Below the pieces are notes generated by a model. The model was given only the letters and a program-made list of their open reading frames with translations. It did no database searches and was not told the origin of the DNA. A stretch of DNA of 63,598 nt, the filler included, from Collodictyon triciliatum (lineage: Eukaryota), in the NCBI GenBank assembly GCA_043381765.1. It is 6 parts of 6 records of this genome, joined end to end, with 100 filler letters (N's around TTAATTAATTAA, not from the genome) between each part and the next. Parts side by side here need not be neighbours in the genome. Positions count along the whole stretch, not along the records: positions 41,489 to 54,511 come from JBHJMP010000289.1; 5 more parts are not named here. One strand, 5' to 3'. Numbering within the stretch: the first letter of the stretch is position 1; each line of letters begins with the position of its first letter. The position numbers and the translations under genes were made by a program. Positions 41,389-54,611 of this stretch are shown here, piece after piece.

Positions 41389-41488
41389 NNNNNNNNNNNN
41401 NNNNNNNNNNNNNNNNNNNNNNNNNNNNNNNNTTAATTAATTAANNNNNNNNNNNNNNNNNNNNNNNNNNNNNNNNNNNNNNNNNNNN
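41389..41488. other. Artificial assembly linker
   Basis: 44N-TTAATTAATTAA-44N. Confidence 0.95.
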
Positions 41489-41497
41489 ATAATAATC

Positions 41498-41559
<62 letters not shown>

Positions 41560-41571
<12 letters not shown>

Positions 41572-42284
41572 GGGGAACAAAATATGACCTACGAGCTCTA
41601 GCCATTAACCCACGGACACCAAGATAAGTATGAATATAGTGCTCAGTATTAGTTTCTCTGTTTCTTTTCTATATTTTCTTCATCTCTTTTTTCTTTTTTC
41701 TTTTTTCTTTTTCTTTTTTCTTTTTCTTTTTTCTTTTTCTTTTTTTTCCGGTCTCATCCAGCCTGTAAACGGATAAAATTCATTACAAATGTTGTGACGA
41801 ACTTGGGTTTATCCCTTTCAAAGGACACAACACTTTTCATACAACGAAAGTGTACCCATATATAGCGGTTTATGGCACAGACAACCATCGAATTAAATCT
41901 AGATTGACAAGAGCAGGAGCTTTGATGAATCCAAACAATCTGAATAATATAACAATATAATTAGTATACATAATAAGGGTTATAAATACATAATAATCTC
42001 AACCCACTCATATAATCGATTTATATTTTATTTTCATTTATGCGATATTATCATTAAAATTCAAAAAATACAAACACGCCCTTGCCTTGGCCCAGATAGA
42101 ACATACCCTATAAACCTGCCACCACACATGGATTTCAAAAAAAGCATACTATCCACACTTGTGGCGGCAATCATGTTGTTTGAGGCCGATATGTTGACTT
42201 TCAGTCGCAATGGCTCTACGGCCATCCTTTCGAACTCGCCGAGTCAGCTCTCAGCGTTTTGTCTCAAATCACTTCTAAAAAAAA
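41560..42284. repeat. Dispersed ~720 bp repeat, copy B, abutting a (TAA)n tract on the left and ~160 bp upstream of the Fanzor remnant
   Basis: Colinear with 19228-19944; roughly 80% identical by eye. Confidence 0.9.
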
Positions 42285-42443
42285 TCGTGCGTCAGTTTGC
42301 CACAATGCGCAAATTTTGAAAATCTCAGTAGATGCTTAATTTCACCTGAATTGATATTGTGCAGTTTTTTTATTGTTACATTGACTGATTGACTAATTGA
42401 CTAAAGTTTTATTAAATTAAAAAAGTAAAGCGAAAACTTTCAG

Positions 42444-44345
42444 GTGAAGAAAAGGAAACGTCTTGAGTCTGAGAATCTAAAGTCTGTAAAACCAGACCGT
42501 CGAAACGTGAAAACATCTCTAAAGTCGATTGTAAAGAATGCGAATGACTATGACGAAATCAACGATACGGTTTTATTGTGTCATAATTTGGTTACCGACA
42601 CTTTTCTATTTGCAAGATGTTACATATTGAAATCAATAAAACTTCCAACAATCGATGAAATGTTTTTTTTTTTATTTTTATTTTTGGATTTAAAGACAGT
42701 CAGAATAGTTTCACAAGATAGCCCCACAAGATTAAGAAAAAAAAAACCAGATGTGAGAGATGACATGATGACTTTTTATCTCAATGATGTTCGATTCCTT
42801 TTGTCCCGATAAGAACGCTTTCCGTTGGTTGGACTGTCTCATTATTACCGTACTTGGCGAAGCAAACGTTAACAGCTTATCATAATAACCTTAAGGAACA
42901 TTTTATAAAGAGGTTACTGCGCTTTATAAATCAAACAGTACCTAAATATGAGATTATTACGGAACCTATTAAAAGGCAGAGTTAAGAAAGATAAAAAAAA
43001 TCATCTTCATGAAACTCGAAATATCGGAACAATAGAGAGAATGGGCTATAACGCATTTATCATATCATTCCCAGCGATATTGTAAAATGGTATCAAATAA
43101 ATCGTCAAAGTCAATCCAAATAAGTACATCCCATGTCTGATTTACATGAATCGCATTTTGAGGACATTGGAACCAAACTGTTTCAACCAATCTCTATAAG
43201 AACTAACAATATACCGTGTCATATTACTCTAGATACCGTATGTTTGATAGATCTATTAGTATTGTCTAGAAAAAAAAATCATTACTGAAGAATATATCAG
43301 GATGCAAAAAGACCCTATGGGATGACTTCTTTGAAATGAAGAAGATGGTCTTTCATCAAATAGACTACAATTTCTAATACATTATACAATCAGACGGCTT
43401 GGCGGTGTCATTATTGTTTGGAAAGAAAGGTATTTCAAATTCAAAATCTAATTTAATCAAAAAACCCAAGAAAACGTTTATATAGATGACCTTTCCGAAG
43501 ACCAGTTATCTTTATTAGTGACAAAAAAATAACAGTTGGAGTGGACGCAGGCAAGTTTAATTTGGTTTACATGGTGGATGAGACAGGTAAGAAATTATGT
43601 TACACGACACACCAAACAAGACATGATAGCAAATCTCTTCAAAATCACAAAATACTCTTGCGCGAGAAAAAAAGAAAAGTACAATGCTTCAGGGATATGT
43701 ATGACAACAGATTTACAAAGTGCTATTTCTTTTGGTCACATGACTTTTCAAGAGAATCGACAGTTTGAGACATCAAGAGTATCTTAAATCGATTTAGAGA
43801 CAGAACTGAGTAAACATAATTCATGCACGGTCGATTATGAATAATTTCGAAAATAAATATCTATGAAACTAAGATATCAGATAGAATTTTCCAGATTTTA
43901 TGAACACGTGACTTTTTCGAAAGATGATATGGAGCCAGTATGTTAATACAAAAAGAAGTGAGCTATTGTTTATGGACTTAATCGAAAAGGCATTTGGCAA
44001 GGATGTTGTACTGGCGTATGGAGACTGGAGCAGAAAATGTCCGATGAAACATTTTATGCCATCAATCGAAAGAGGATTACGAAAAATACTAACTAACCGT
44101 TTTGAACAACTTAGTGTAGATGAATTTAAAACCTCCAAGATGTGCTGCAACTGCGAAAAAGAACTGGATTATATGACACTGAAAGGAAATTCAAAAAAAA
44201 AGTACATAGATGTCTCATATGTAAAGAATGCAATCGCTCAGAAAGCAAACAAAGTGTATTCTTGACAAGGGACTTTAACAGCGCTAATAATATACTCGGG
44301 AAAGTTTTTTTTAATCTTTTAAAAAATGCCTACACCTCGCTTTAA
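42444..44345 (+). pseudogene. Fanzor1 (eukaryotic TnpB-like RNA-guided RuvC nuclease), disrupted by several frameshifts and stops
   Basis: Ordered motifs across frames: VKTSLKSIVK..INDTV..HNLV..TFLF.R.YIL..LPTID; LPYLAKQTLTAYHNNLKEHFIKRLLRFIN (~42845); KLFQPISIRTNNIPCHITLDT (~43175); IQSDGLAVSLLF; RuvC-I VGVDAGKFNLVYM (D 43544); LETELSKHNS; FRKMIWSQYVN..SE; AYGDWS..MKHF.P...GLRK; RuvC-II VDEFKTSKMCCNC (E 44122); CLICKEC; RuvC-III TRDFNSANNIL (D 44271). Confidence 0.9.
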
Positions 44346-44352
44346 AAAAATA

Positions 44353-44614
44353 GGCTGTTGGGTCTTTCCTGGCAGCCTTCACCACTACACGACCATAGTG
44401 AAAAAAGTGGTGAGACCTTGGATGCTAGCACACCAGGTTTACCAATCGAAAGATTCGTATACTCCTTCGAGTCATAATACAGCAAAGGATTTAAATAGGA
44501 AGGAAATTCGCCGAAAAGCCCCGACAACCGGCTACTACCTAATGCAGGATAAGACTCAGTCCTCAGTCTTGCGTCGCAATTGGCTTTGATCAAAGCTGAT
44601 CGCCTCTGTGGGCG
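44353..44614 (+). ncRNA. Candidate Fanzor omega-RNA scaffold / element right end
   Basis: Begins 7 nt after the apparent stop. Consecutive stems at 44353-44377, 44379-44413, 44414-44439 and AATC-GAAA-GATT (44444-44455); further stems to 44614. The position matches known Fanzor omega-RNAs; boundaries are uncertain. Confidence 0.55.
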
Positions 44615-45898
44615 CATATTGTGAAATTCGGTTTGCCTTTAACCTTCGCATGCGTCTCGCTTTCCCTCTGTTTTCCCATTTTTCTTTTGAGTGGGCGAAA
44701 CAATTGCAAAATGCCGCGGGGTTTTCAGCAACTGCATTTCATTCTGAGCGAGATGTTGATAAGTTTGATAAGGTTGGATCGTTCTGATGGCTGTGGAGAC
44801 AGAAATTCACTCGCCGCGGTTTAATGATTCTCTCACTCATTTAATACCGGCTAGGGAAAAGGATAATGAAATTGATAAGTAGAAAAAGAAAGAAAGAATA
44901 ATACAAGAAAAAAAAGAAAGATAAAAGGATCAGATATGAACAGCAGAATATATCGGAAAAAAGCATGCTTGCTCTCCATATCTTAATTCTTATTGAAAGG
45001 AATGGCGTTTCTAATTGGAAGACCGTATTAAACAGAAACGTAGATTCTTTGTCCCTGCATTTGCGTCGTTATCATTTCGAGTTAATGTGCAAAATTATTA
45101 CTTATCTATGAGAAAAGAAAGGAAATATAAAAGAAATACTAATAAATCTAATAATACTACTAATCATAACAACAATTATGATGACAACACCAAAACCAAA
45201 GTGAAAATGAAACGCCTGGCTCTATATACTCGATTGATGCCAACTACAGTGCCATGCTCTTACCCAGATACGTCAAAGTATCCAACAGTTTGTCGTTTGA
45301 TCCCAAACCATTTTTTGCATCCAAATGATTTCGTATAATAATGTCCTTGTGTATGCTTCTTACACACCTGTGTCTGAATGTTTTGTTACCGGGCATTACA
45401 ACTTGTTCTCAAAAAGAAGAAAGAAAAGGAAAGAAAAAAAGCCTTAGCCTACGCGATATCCTCTGTTATATCACCCACGCCTTCCTCCGTCATCACCCCC
45501 AAATCGAGCTTTTCTAATTAGCGAAGCATACCAGCGACCCCAACTGAGCTTTACCCACGTGACATGAGCATCAATTTATTTCGAAGTGTATTTGGATTGC
45601 ATAAGCTCCATGAAAAAAGCCCTCGATCAATCCCTCTCTATCTTAGCTGAAGCGGCCAGCGAACGAAGCAAACTAGTAGTCGTTCATCTCTCCCTCGATA
45701 CTGGAGTGAAATGATATATATGAATTCTTCTAATGTTGTTTCCTTCGTTTCTTTCGTTCTCTAAATCTCCCTCTCGAACCAACCAGCCTTTCCATTATCT
45801 CACTCAGTTGGGTCTCCCTTTATTTCTTAAACGTTTCTTTCATCTGTCCCCAAGGCTCTGTCTTTGGTTCAACCACCACGTTGCCGAGCTTGCCATCC

Positions 45899-46004
<106 letters not shown>

Positions 46005-46469
46005 AAAAGTAATAATAATAATTACCACACACTCACAGCCTTCCACCATTATACCCGAACACAAGAGTATTTAAAATCACCAGTAGTTATTTCCCCCTTT
46101 TCATGATTATCATTCTGAAATCTTTCTTTCATTATTCCCTTTTTTTTTTATCTTTATTTATTTCAGCCAACGCCCTCCCTTTTCATAACGTTGGGCGCCA
46201 GTAATTCGATCAGAATTCCGCCAAACGATTCGTCCTGATCATGCAAAAAAACAAAGCAAGGGAAAAAACAAAAGAAAAACAAACCGACAAGCAGACGCTT
46301 TTCTCTCTTTTTCTCTCTTTCTCTTTCTCTTTCTCTTTCTCTTTCTCTTTCTCTTTCTCTTTCATTCATCACTACTTTTCTCGGGCAAACAAAAACAAAG
46401 AACCACACACAGAGGCCATTCAAGTAACAAACAAAGGCGATCAGAAAAGAAAAGAAAAGAAAAGAAAAG

Positions 46470-46500
<31 letters not shown>

Positions 46501-46565
46501 GAAAGACATCAGACATACACGCCAACAAACTAACACACAAGAGAGTAGCAGAGCCCAACAGACTC

Positions 46566-49500
46566 ATGCAGACGCGATCCCACAAGAGCCCCGGCTCCGA
46601 GGCTGCCGAAATGCCGCGCCCGATTCGCCGCTCGTCTCGCTCCACGCCTGACAGTTCGCAGTCGCCCACACAGCAGAGTCAAAGCTCGCCGCAATCCGCG
46701 GGCCGAGCAAAGAGTTCGCCAAGTCCCGCGCCTGCCGCTGCAAAGAACAAGGTGTCCAAAGCCGACAAAGACGAGGTCGCGCCCGCAAAGCCGCACACAG
46801 CAGAAAGTGTCCCTGTGGCCACTCCGGTAAAGGCTGCGGACACCCGGTCAAAGCGAATCCTTTCCCTGCGCAAACCTGCTGCTGAGGCCGCGCCACCTGC
46901 GAAGGCCCAATCTGTATCTTTGGCAAAGAACGTGCAGCTGAAGGTATCGGGCGTGTCTCGAGGCGGCGATTTGCCGAGGAAGAGAAAGAAAGGAAGTGGC
47001 ACTGCCGAGGACGTGGATGACGAGGATGCCCGGGAGGAAGAGGAAGAGAACGCAGATGGCGATGGCGATGGCGATGATGGTGAGGGTGGCGACAATAATG
47101 ACGTGGAGGAGGACGAGGATGATGAGAATGAGGATGAGGATGAAGAGAATAATGATGACGACGGGGAAGATAACGAGGAACGTTCAAGTGTCGAGGAGGA
47201 CCAAGGATCTGGAGAGGATGCTGATACAATGCAACTCTCTTCACAACGGAACACACCCCAAGTCAAGATCAAGCTGCGGGGGAGCTTACTTCCACCGCAT
47301 AGTAAGTTATTTTAAGCAAGGTGTTTAAAAGGAACTCGTCTATGCTTATGATTATTCTTGTCTCTATGTCCGTTGCGACAACATAAATATTTTTAGAATA
47401 TTGAAGAGTTAGTAGAAAAAACAGAACAAAACAAAAAACGCTCGCTTATATTTTTGATTGTTTTTCACAGTTTCCCCCTATATTATGTATTTTGATTTGT
47501 GAACGTGCGGGATTTCATCCAATTGCATACAAGGATGTAGATTTTAACTTATATATATCTCATTTTCTACCCAAGAATCACGCACATCATCACACGCAGT
47601 AACTACAAACAGCCGAGATCCTGATACTCAATCTAGTAACAAGTATTTTTTCCTGAAATATTTCTTCAGCAATTTTTCCCCATATAATATACAGCGGCAC
47701 CATAAATATACGATTTATAAACTTAACATACAACTCTATACCTTTCCCCGCGCAGTTTATCGTCGCTCAAACGTATAAAGATGAGACTCGGCGCAAATAA
47801 AAGGCAGGCTGAGCACGAGGATGCAAACGAGGCTGGTATCGAAGATGCCCCCGAGCCAGTTGAACACAAAGCGGATGCCTCGTCCGATTCCCTCAACGCC
47901 AAGAAATTTCCAAAGATTGTCGCCCGCAGAAGTTCTGGGCTTGCTCAAGGGCCCATGTCGCCACCCAACTCTGAGTCGCTGCATAATACAGATGTATCAT
48001 CTTCGCTACAAACTTCATCAGCAAAAAAAATCATCAAGGCTCGCCTGGGCTCAAGCAAGATTCTGAATGATAGTGTTGAAGAAGGCTCTTCAAAGAAAGA
48101 ATCCCTTGACAGCTCCACAGGTGACAATGCCAATGATGATGTGATTGGTTCAAGCCAGCGAAAAGGTTACTTTCCTATTAGATGAGATCGATATACCCAA
48201 CACACTATAAATTCATATTTACCTGTATATGTTGCCATACTTGGTTTAATAAGGACATTATTTATTATTTATTGTGACTAAGGTTCAGGTAATCTCACAT
48301 GTTGTCTTACATACACGTCACTCACTTGTATATGATCATCCAGGAAAGCTGTCTCGTAATGAAAAGAATCGGACCATTAAACACGAGGATGCACAGCCTC
48401 AGACACCACCCCCTAACGACGATTCTCTGGAAACCCCATCAAAACGAGTTCGTCGGACAAGAACACCAGCCGATATCCCGGAAAGGCGCCAGAGTATCAC
48501 CCGACCTGCTAGCGTGTCGAGAAAACCGAGTGACATGGATACTTTGCAAACCCCAAAGGCAAAGCCGAAGGCACGAGCCACACCCCTTTCGCGGGGCAGA
48601 TATTCGTCTGGTGAGTTTGAGAATCCAGACTTGGTGATCGACTCCGAGGATAGCGAAGATGACTCCGATGAAGACTCCGATGAAGATGATGACTCTGAAA
48701 ACGACGACGGGGCCGAAAAAGATGCTGATGTGGATGACCCTCGCACTGGACGTCGGCTGCATGCATCTGTCGGTTCAAATAAAGCACGTCGCCTCAAAGC
48801 AAAGAGGCCTAGTGCAAAGAAAGGATCAGACGCAGACCAAGGCTCCGGTAAAAAAGGAGGCTCGGAATTGAACTCTGAGAGCGATGATTTTTCGGAAGAT
48901 GATGGTAATGTGGATATATGATGCATGCGCATTCCGTTCTCAATTTAAAATCCAAGCCATATTTATTCATCTCTGTCAAATATTTCTTGCCTATCGACAA
49001 TGCATTTATTTAAACATTACGATATATCTGATGTCATTGGCAGAAATATAATTTTGCGAGATCTCTTTATCATTTTTCATCCGGACTAATCAAACCAAAA
49101 AATATCAATTTTTTCCTCCTTTGTTTTGTATGTGTATTATACAGATAGCGGAACTGAAAGAAAAACAGATAAGCAAGGAAAGAGACGCGATTCATCATCT
49201 TCTCCGAAACTTGGTAAAATTTGTTCATGTAGCTTCGAGCTTAACAGTTACTTTATCTCCTGTGTTGATGTTATTAGGATAATTTTCAATCTGGACTGTA
49301 TTGTGATTAGTGGTGGAATAATAGTATGAATACATAATAAGCAAAAGTAGGAATTATTAGTAAATTATACTACATCAATAATAACCACCATGTCGGAATG
49401 TAGCCCGCATGACTGGTCCAAAGCCAAGGTGTCTCCCTGACTTGTACAGAGCTGTGGTCCGTTTCGGTAAAAGGTTGGTATTGACATGTTTTACTCTTTC

Positions 49501-52500
49501 AAAATAGTTCTTACAAACTGTACCAAAGAAGTATGATTATATGCATAACTTAAAGACATCGTCCAGGAAAGATCGACATGAAATTTTCCAACAGCCTGTC
49601 ACAGAAGAGGAGGCACCGATGTATTTCTCAATTATTGATATTCCCGTAAGTTTACCCAACACTTATAGTGAGGCTTTTTACAAAATTATTTTATTGCTCT
49701 AGGACCAATATAAATCACTATTCTCTTCGTTACATTTTCTAAATTAGTTGTGCCTTGTTTATAGATGGACTTTGAAACCCTTGCATCAAATGTGGAAAAA
49801 AACATGTACCCCAATTTTGAAAAATTCAAGGTAATGCTTCACATTTCGTTCATGTAAAGCAAGATAGCCCTTCTTTTTATATATATATATATATTTATGA
49901 AATTCCTACTGTCAAAAAAAAAATTAATCTAATCGTCGCTTGTGTATATTCAAGTTTGCATATGTCAAAATCATGTTTTTTTTTAAATGTAATACTCCTA
50001 CGAACACACGCATAAATTTTAGAACCATTTGTTCCTCATCTTTAAAAATGCCATGAAATACAATCCGTCTGACACAATATACTACCGTGAGGCCAAAAGA
50101 TTAAACAAGGTATGAAACTAATATTATGCATGAGGTTGATTTTCTATTTTTTTTCTTTTCTTGTCTAGTTCCAAGAAAAATTTGCGCTACCACCAGTTCT
50201 TATTTTATTTCTATTCCTCTATCGAAGTGGGTTGTTAAGTACATCACAAGGATGTCTGAGCGGCTAGATATTCCAAACCTTCCTTACGTTGCTGAACCTA
50301 AAGTGAAGAAGACAAAAGGTAATCATTGTCCCCTTATGTAATCTTTTCTTTATTGTGCACAAATTTTGGTAAACCCACCAACTTGGTACATCTCTTTTCT
50401 TTTTCTTCTTTTCTTTTTCTTCTTTTCTTTTTTCTTTTTTCTTTTTTCCTTTCTTCTTTTCCTTTCTTCTTTTCCTTTCTTCTTTTCCTTTCTTCTTTTC
50501 CTTTCTTCTTTTTTCTTTTCTTTTCTTTACCTTTCTACTCTTCTCTTCTCTTCTTTTACTCTTTCTCTTTCTCTTTCTTTTCCTCTTTCTTTTCCTCTTT
50601 CTCTTCTTTCTCTTTCTTTCTCTTTCTTTCTCTTTCTTTCTCTTTCTTTCTCTTTCTTTCTCTTTCTTTTCTTTCTTTTCTTTCTTTTCTTTCTTTTCTT
50701 TCTTTTCTTTCTTTTCTTTCTTTCTTTTCTTTCTTTCTTTTCTTTCTTTCTTTTCTTTCTTTCTTTTCTTTTTTTCTTTTCTTTTTCTCTTTCTTTTCTT
50801 TTTCTTTTTCTNNNNNNNNNNNNNNNNNNNNNNNNNNNNNNNNNNNNNNNNNNNNNNNNNNNNNNNNNNNNNNNNNNNNNNNNNNNNNNNNNNNNNNNNN
50901 NNNNNNNNNNNTCTTTTCTTTTTCTCTTTCTTTTCTTTTTCTCTTTCTCTTTCTCTTTCTCTTTCTCTTTCTCTTTCTCTTTCTCTTTCTCTTTCTCTTT
51001 CTCTTTCTCTTTCTCTTTCTCTTTCTCTTTCTCTTTCTCTTTCTTTTCCTCATATTATGATATTGAGTTTCCATCCCTTTTGTTTTGAATATTGTAATTG
51101 GCTCTTGGTTATTTCAAAATTTCATTTGGCGCTATACCTTGTTTACTTATTTTTATTCACCTTCATTGTAATTCCACAGGGCCCGAATATAGTGCGTTGC
51201 TTTCACCAGGGTCAAGTCGGAGTGGTCCAAGACTCGATTCCTTCAATTCTCACACCCTAGGCAGCAGACCTGATATGTCTCATGGCTCAGATTCATTACC
51301 ATCTCATCTGCATTCACACGGTACATTTATGGCTTCGTCGCAAACAACACAATATCCTATGACATCTCCAACATCGAGATATCCCAGCACTGGCTCTCTA
51401 TCGAGCGAACACCCTCCGGCTCGATATCCTTCTTCGTCTTCTAATTTAAATAGTGTGGCATATGCTCATCAATCACATTCAATCACCAACCCGAGCTCTA
51501 GTGATGTCGGTAGGGAAATATGGCATTCTTCATTTCCATTTGAACATCCTTCTTATCTATACTTTATTTATATATATCTTTTCTGCATGCATCTTGCTTC
51601 ATTTTCTTTTTTTCTTTTCTCTTTTTCTTTTCTCTTTTTCTTTTCTCTTTTTCTTTTCTCTTTTTCTTTTCTCTTTTTCTCTGCATAACTTTAATTTTTA
51701 TTCCAAAGTTTTTACTTTATTTTTGTTTCATTTTTTTATAGTATTCAGAATTTTCACTTCTCCACACTTTCCCTAGAGCGTATCCATGGCCTCGTCTCAC
51801 CTTTAAAAAACATCACATGTTAACATGAAATCTCTTAACACAGGACATGGCGCATTCACTCATTCGGCTGCCATAAGCAACCTTAGATCGCCAATGACAT
51901 CTCGAACACTCGAACAATCATATCCAAATGATGATTCCACTTTATCTGCCAGCTTTTCTCGTCCAATCGCCAGTCATCCACCAAGGTTGTCGCAGAATGT
52001 ATTCCCTCATGAAATGCGGAGTGTTTACGACTCTACAGGTTCCGAATCAATCCAAGCTAGCCTCAATAAGTCCAGTTTCCAGTCATCCAATGATACACCG
52101 TTCAAACTGTTCAGCCAATTCTACAAACAAGTTTCTGTCGATGACCGTAAAGACCAGTCCCAGACAAAGCCCCCTCAGAAAGAAAATGAGCAACAGAATT
52201 TAACGCCCGAACAAAGCTACCTGACCAAACTCTATTCACTTGAGAATGAAGGATTTGACATGAGGTTATTTTATTTTATCTCCTTTTGTTTTGTTTTGTT
52301 TTGTTTTGTTTTGTTTTGTTTTGTTTTGTTTTGTTTTGTTTTGTTTTGTTTTGTTTTTCTATTTTGTTCTGTTTTGTTCTGTTTTGTTCTGTTTTGTTCT
52401 GTTTTGTTTTTAAGAAAAAAATCACTATCTCGATTATAAAAACAATTGAAAAGTCATTTACATCATTTACATCATTACCGTTATTGTTATTACGATAGAA

Positions 52501-53624
52501 TGTTTTTTAAACATAAGAGAATACTAATATAATGACGAGCTTTAATTAATGCTCATTACGTAGCTTTCTTGCCAAGATATTCCCTTGGTTTCAACCTCCA
52601 CAGACACAAAAAACAAATTTAAAGTCAGTAAAATGTATTGCTTCATTTACATCTTAGTTCTGCCAGACCCCGCTGAACAATCAGATAACACTTTCACTTT
52701 TCTATTCAGCGACCGAAAGGCTGTCATAACGAAGCTTAAGAGTCATGTTGATGAAACTCCGAAGGAGATGTCTAACCAAACCAGCGAGTGAGGATTTAAA
52801 TTATTGTTATTTTATTTATTCTAATTAAATTTCTACAGTAAAGTCATAATATTAAAGAAATCGCATACCATACCAAGATTAAATGACAAAAAAATTTTCA
52901 ACGCATTCGAACACACTACCACATTTTTCTTTTGGTTGTGGGCTCTTGCTCAACCCGTGATTACGATTTTAATTAGATCTCCTGTTATTGATGCTATCCT
53001 AAGTCAGAATTCACAATTATTATATAATCTACAGGTGAGTATTCTCATAGATTGGATGATTGGATATATTTAAGTGTTTTTATTAGAGCTTCTTTTTTTT
53101 TTTTTTTTTTTTTATTCCTCTTCAATTTTCCACAAGTCTAAAAAAAAATTATGAAAAAAGTGACATTCAAACTTTCATTCTTTACTATATATTTAAGGCT
53201 CTTCAAATAGAAAGAGCCAATCCCAATCCGAGCCAAAATGAACGTGTCTTATGTGGGTCATCGTTTGCTTTAACTAACTTATCTAGGAAATTTTGGTATT
53301 AAGAACGAAACAAAAAAATGGGTAAAAAATCAAATGTTTTATTTTTTTACTCATTTCTTTTTGCTATCAGATAATGCCGTGCAGCGAACCCTCGAGACAC
53401 TCGCCTGTCTCACCAAACCATCCGCCTTGGCTTCAAATCTTCGGGTAACTTAATCGCCATAAATTCCCAAGCAAGAACTTAGCACATTACAACACGCTCA
53501 ATCGCTTGTACACGCCAATCAGAATGATGCTGACCTGCGAGCAAAGTACCATGTCCTCCTTAATCAACCCAAAACGTCAGAAGTCGCTCCATCAATTAAA
53601 ACGGATTCTGTCCCGCGCTCGTGA
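46566..53624 (+). CDS. Bromodomain protein, BRD7/BRD9-like (SWI/SNF-family subunit); multi-exon
   Basis: Basic/acidic disordered N-terminus. Spliced bromodomain KDRHEIFQQPVTEEEAPMYFSIIDIPMDF...FKNAMKYNPSDTIYYREAKRL (49.57-50.11 kb). C-terminal ILSQNSQLLYNLQALQIER..P...ERVL...TLETLA..TKP resembles the BRD7/9 tail. Confidence 0.75.
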
Positions 53625-54511
53625 TGACATGATAACAAATTTTACACAGCTAGTCGTCATCGAATATCAAGCCAAATAAATAAATAAATAAATAACAAAA
53701 AGGAGTTTTCTCTTACCTTATTCTGCACATGCTGGTAGTTCTTTTTCTTTTTCTCTCTCGATCGAGCCTATCAATCATGAGCTGATTGGTGATACGTTCG
53801 ACAAGTGTGGTATCCAGCTAGATTAACGCTGATGGAAATGATTGCTCTATCGTTTGAGACGAGCGCGTTATCTAAGCTCAATAGGGATGTATTGCAAAAT
53901 TTATTCTATTTTTTCTGCAAGTAATAGCATGCTGTCATTTAATACTATTTCACTCCAGGTGTTTGATTGGTTGACATTAGTTGATGGGCGATGGTGAGGC
54001 GTCGTTATGCCCAGATTCATTTCACGTTGCAAGCCTGGCGATTATTAGGCTACTGGTTCACTATATATTTGATTCTATTTCTACTTCACAGCATATTTTC
54101 TCAATTCAGCTTTTGCTGTCGATGCCCCTTGCTATCCGAATGCAACAATCACTAGTTTTCTCCCTTCAATTAATAAACTCAGAAAAAAAATAGGCCGGTG
54201 CGTTGTGCTAAACCTTTGATAAAGGAGAGAAGAATAAGATGTGCTCTGGCTGAACCTGTTTGACTCCCGGACTACCAGCTTCTATTTTTCGTGACCTAAT
54301 CACCTGTTGTGCTCCTCTGGTTCTTTTTCTTGGAGTTTAAGAATGGGGGCATTAGGTGCGCTCAATATTTCTTTTTGTCTTCCGCGGGTCTCCGGTAGGT
54401 CAATGACTCGCTCTTTTTCTTTCTTTCTTTTTTTTTTTTTTTTTATTTTTACGAGATTCTGGGATGCACCCGGGGAGTTTGTGATGAACTTTGTTTTATT
54501 TAGTTAAAAAT

Positions 54512-54611
54512 NNNNNNNNNNNNNNNNNNNNNNNNNNNNNNNNNNNNNNNNNNNNTTAATTAATTAANNNNNNNNNNNNNNNNNNNNNNNNNNNNNNNNN
54601 NNNNNNNNNNN
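54512..54611. other. Artificial assembly linker
   Basis: 44N-TTAATTAATTAA-44N. Confidence 0.95.

Noticed and set aside
42444-44345. Bacterial IS200/IS605 or IS607 TnpB contamination
   Set aside because: The long Fanzor1-type N-terminal region, GDWS and DExxTS motifs, NLS-like start, and contiguity with an intron-containing bromodomain gene argue for a eukaryotic element.
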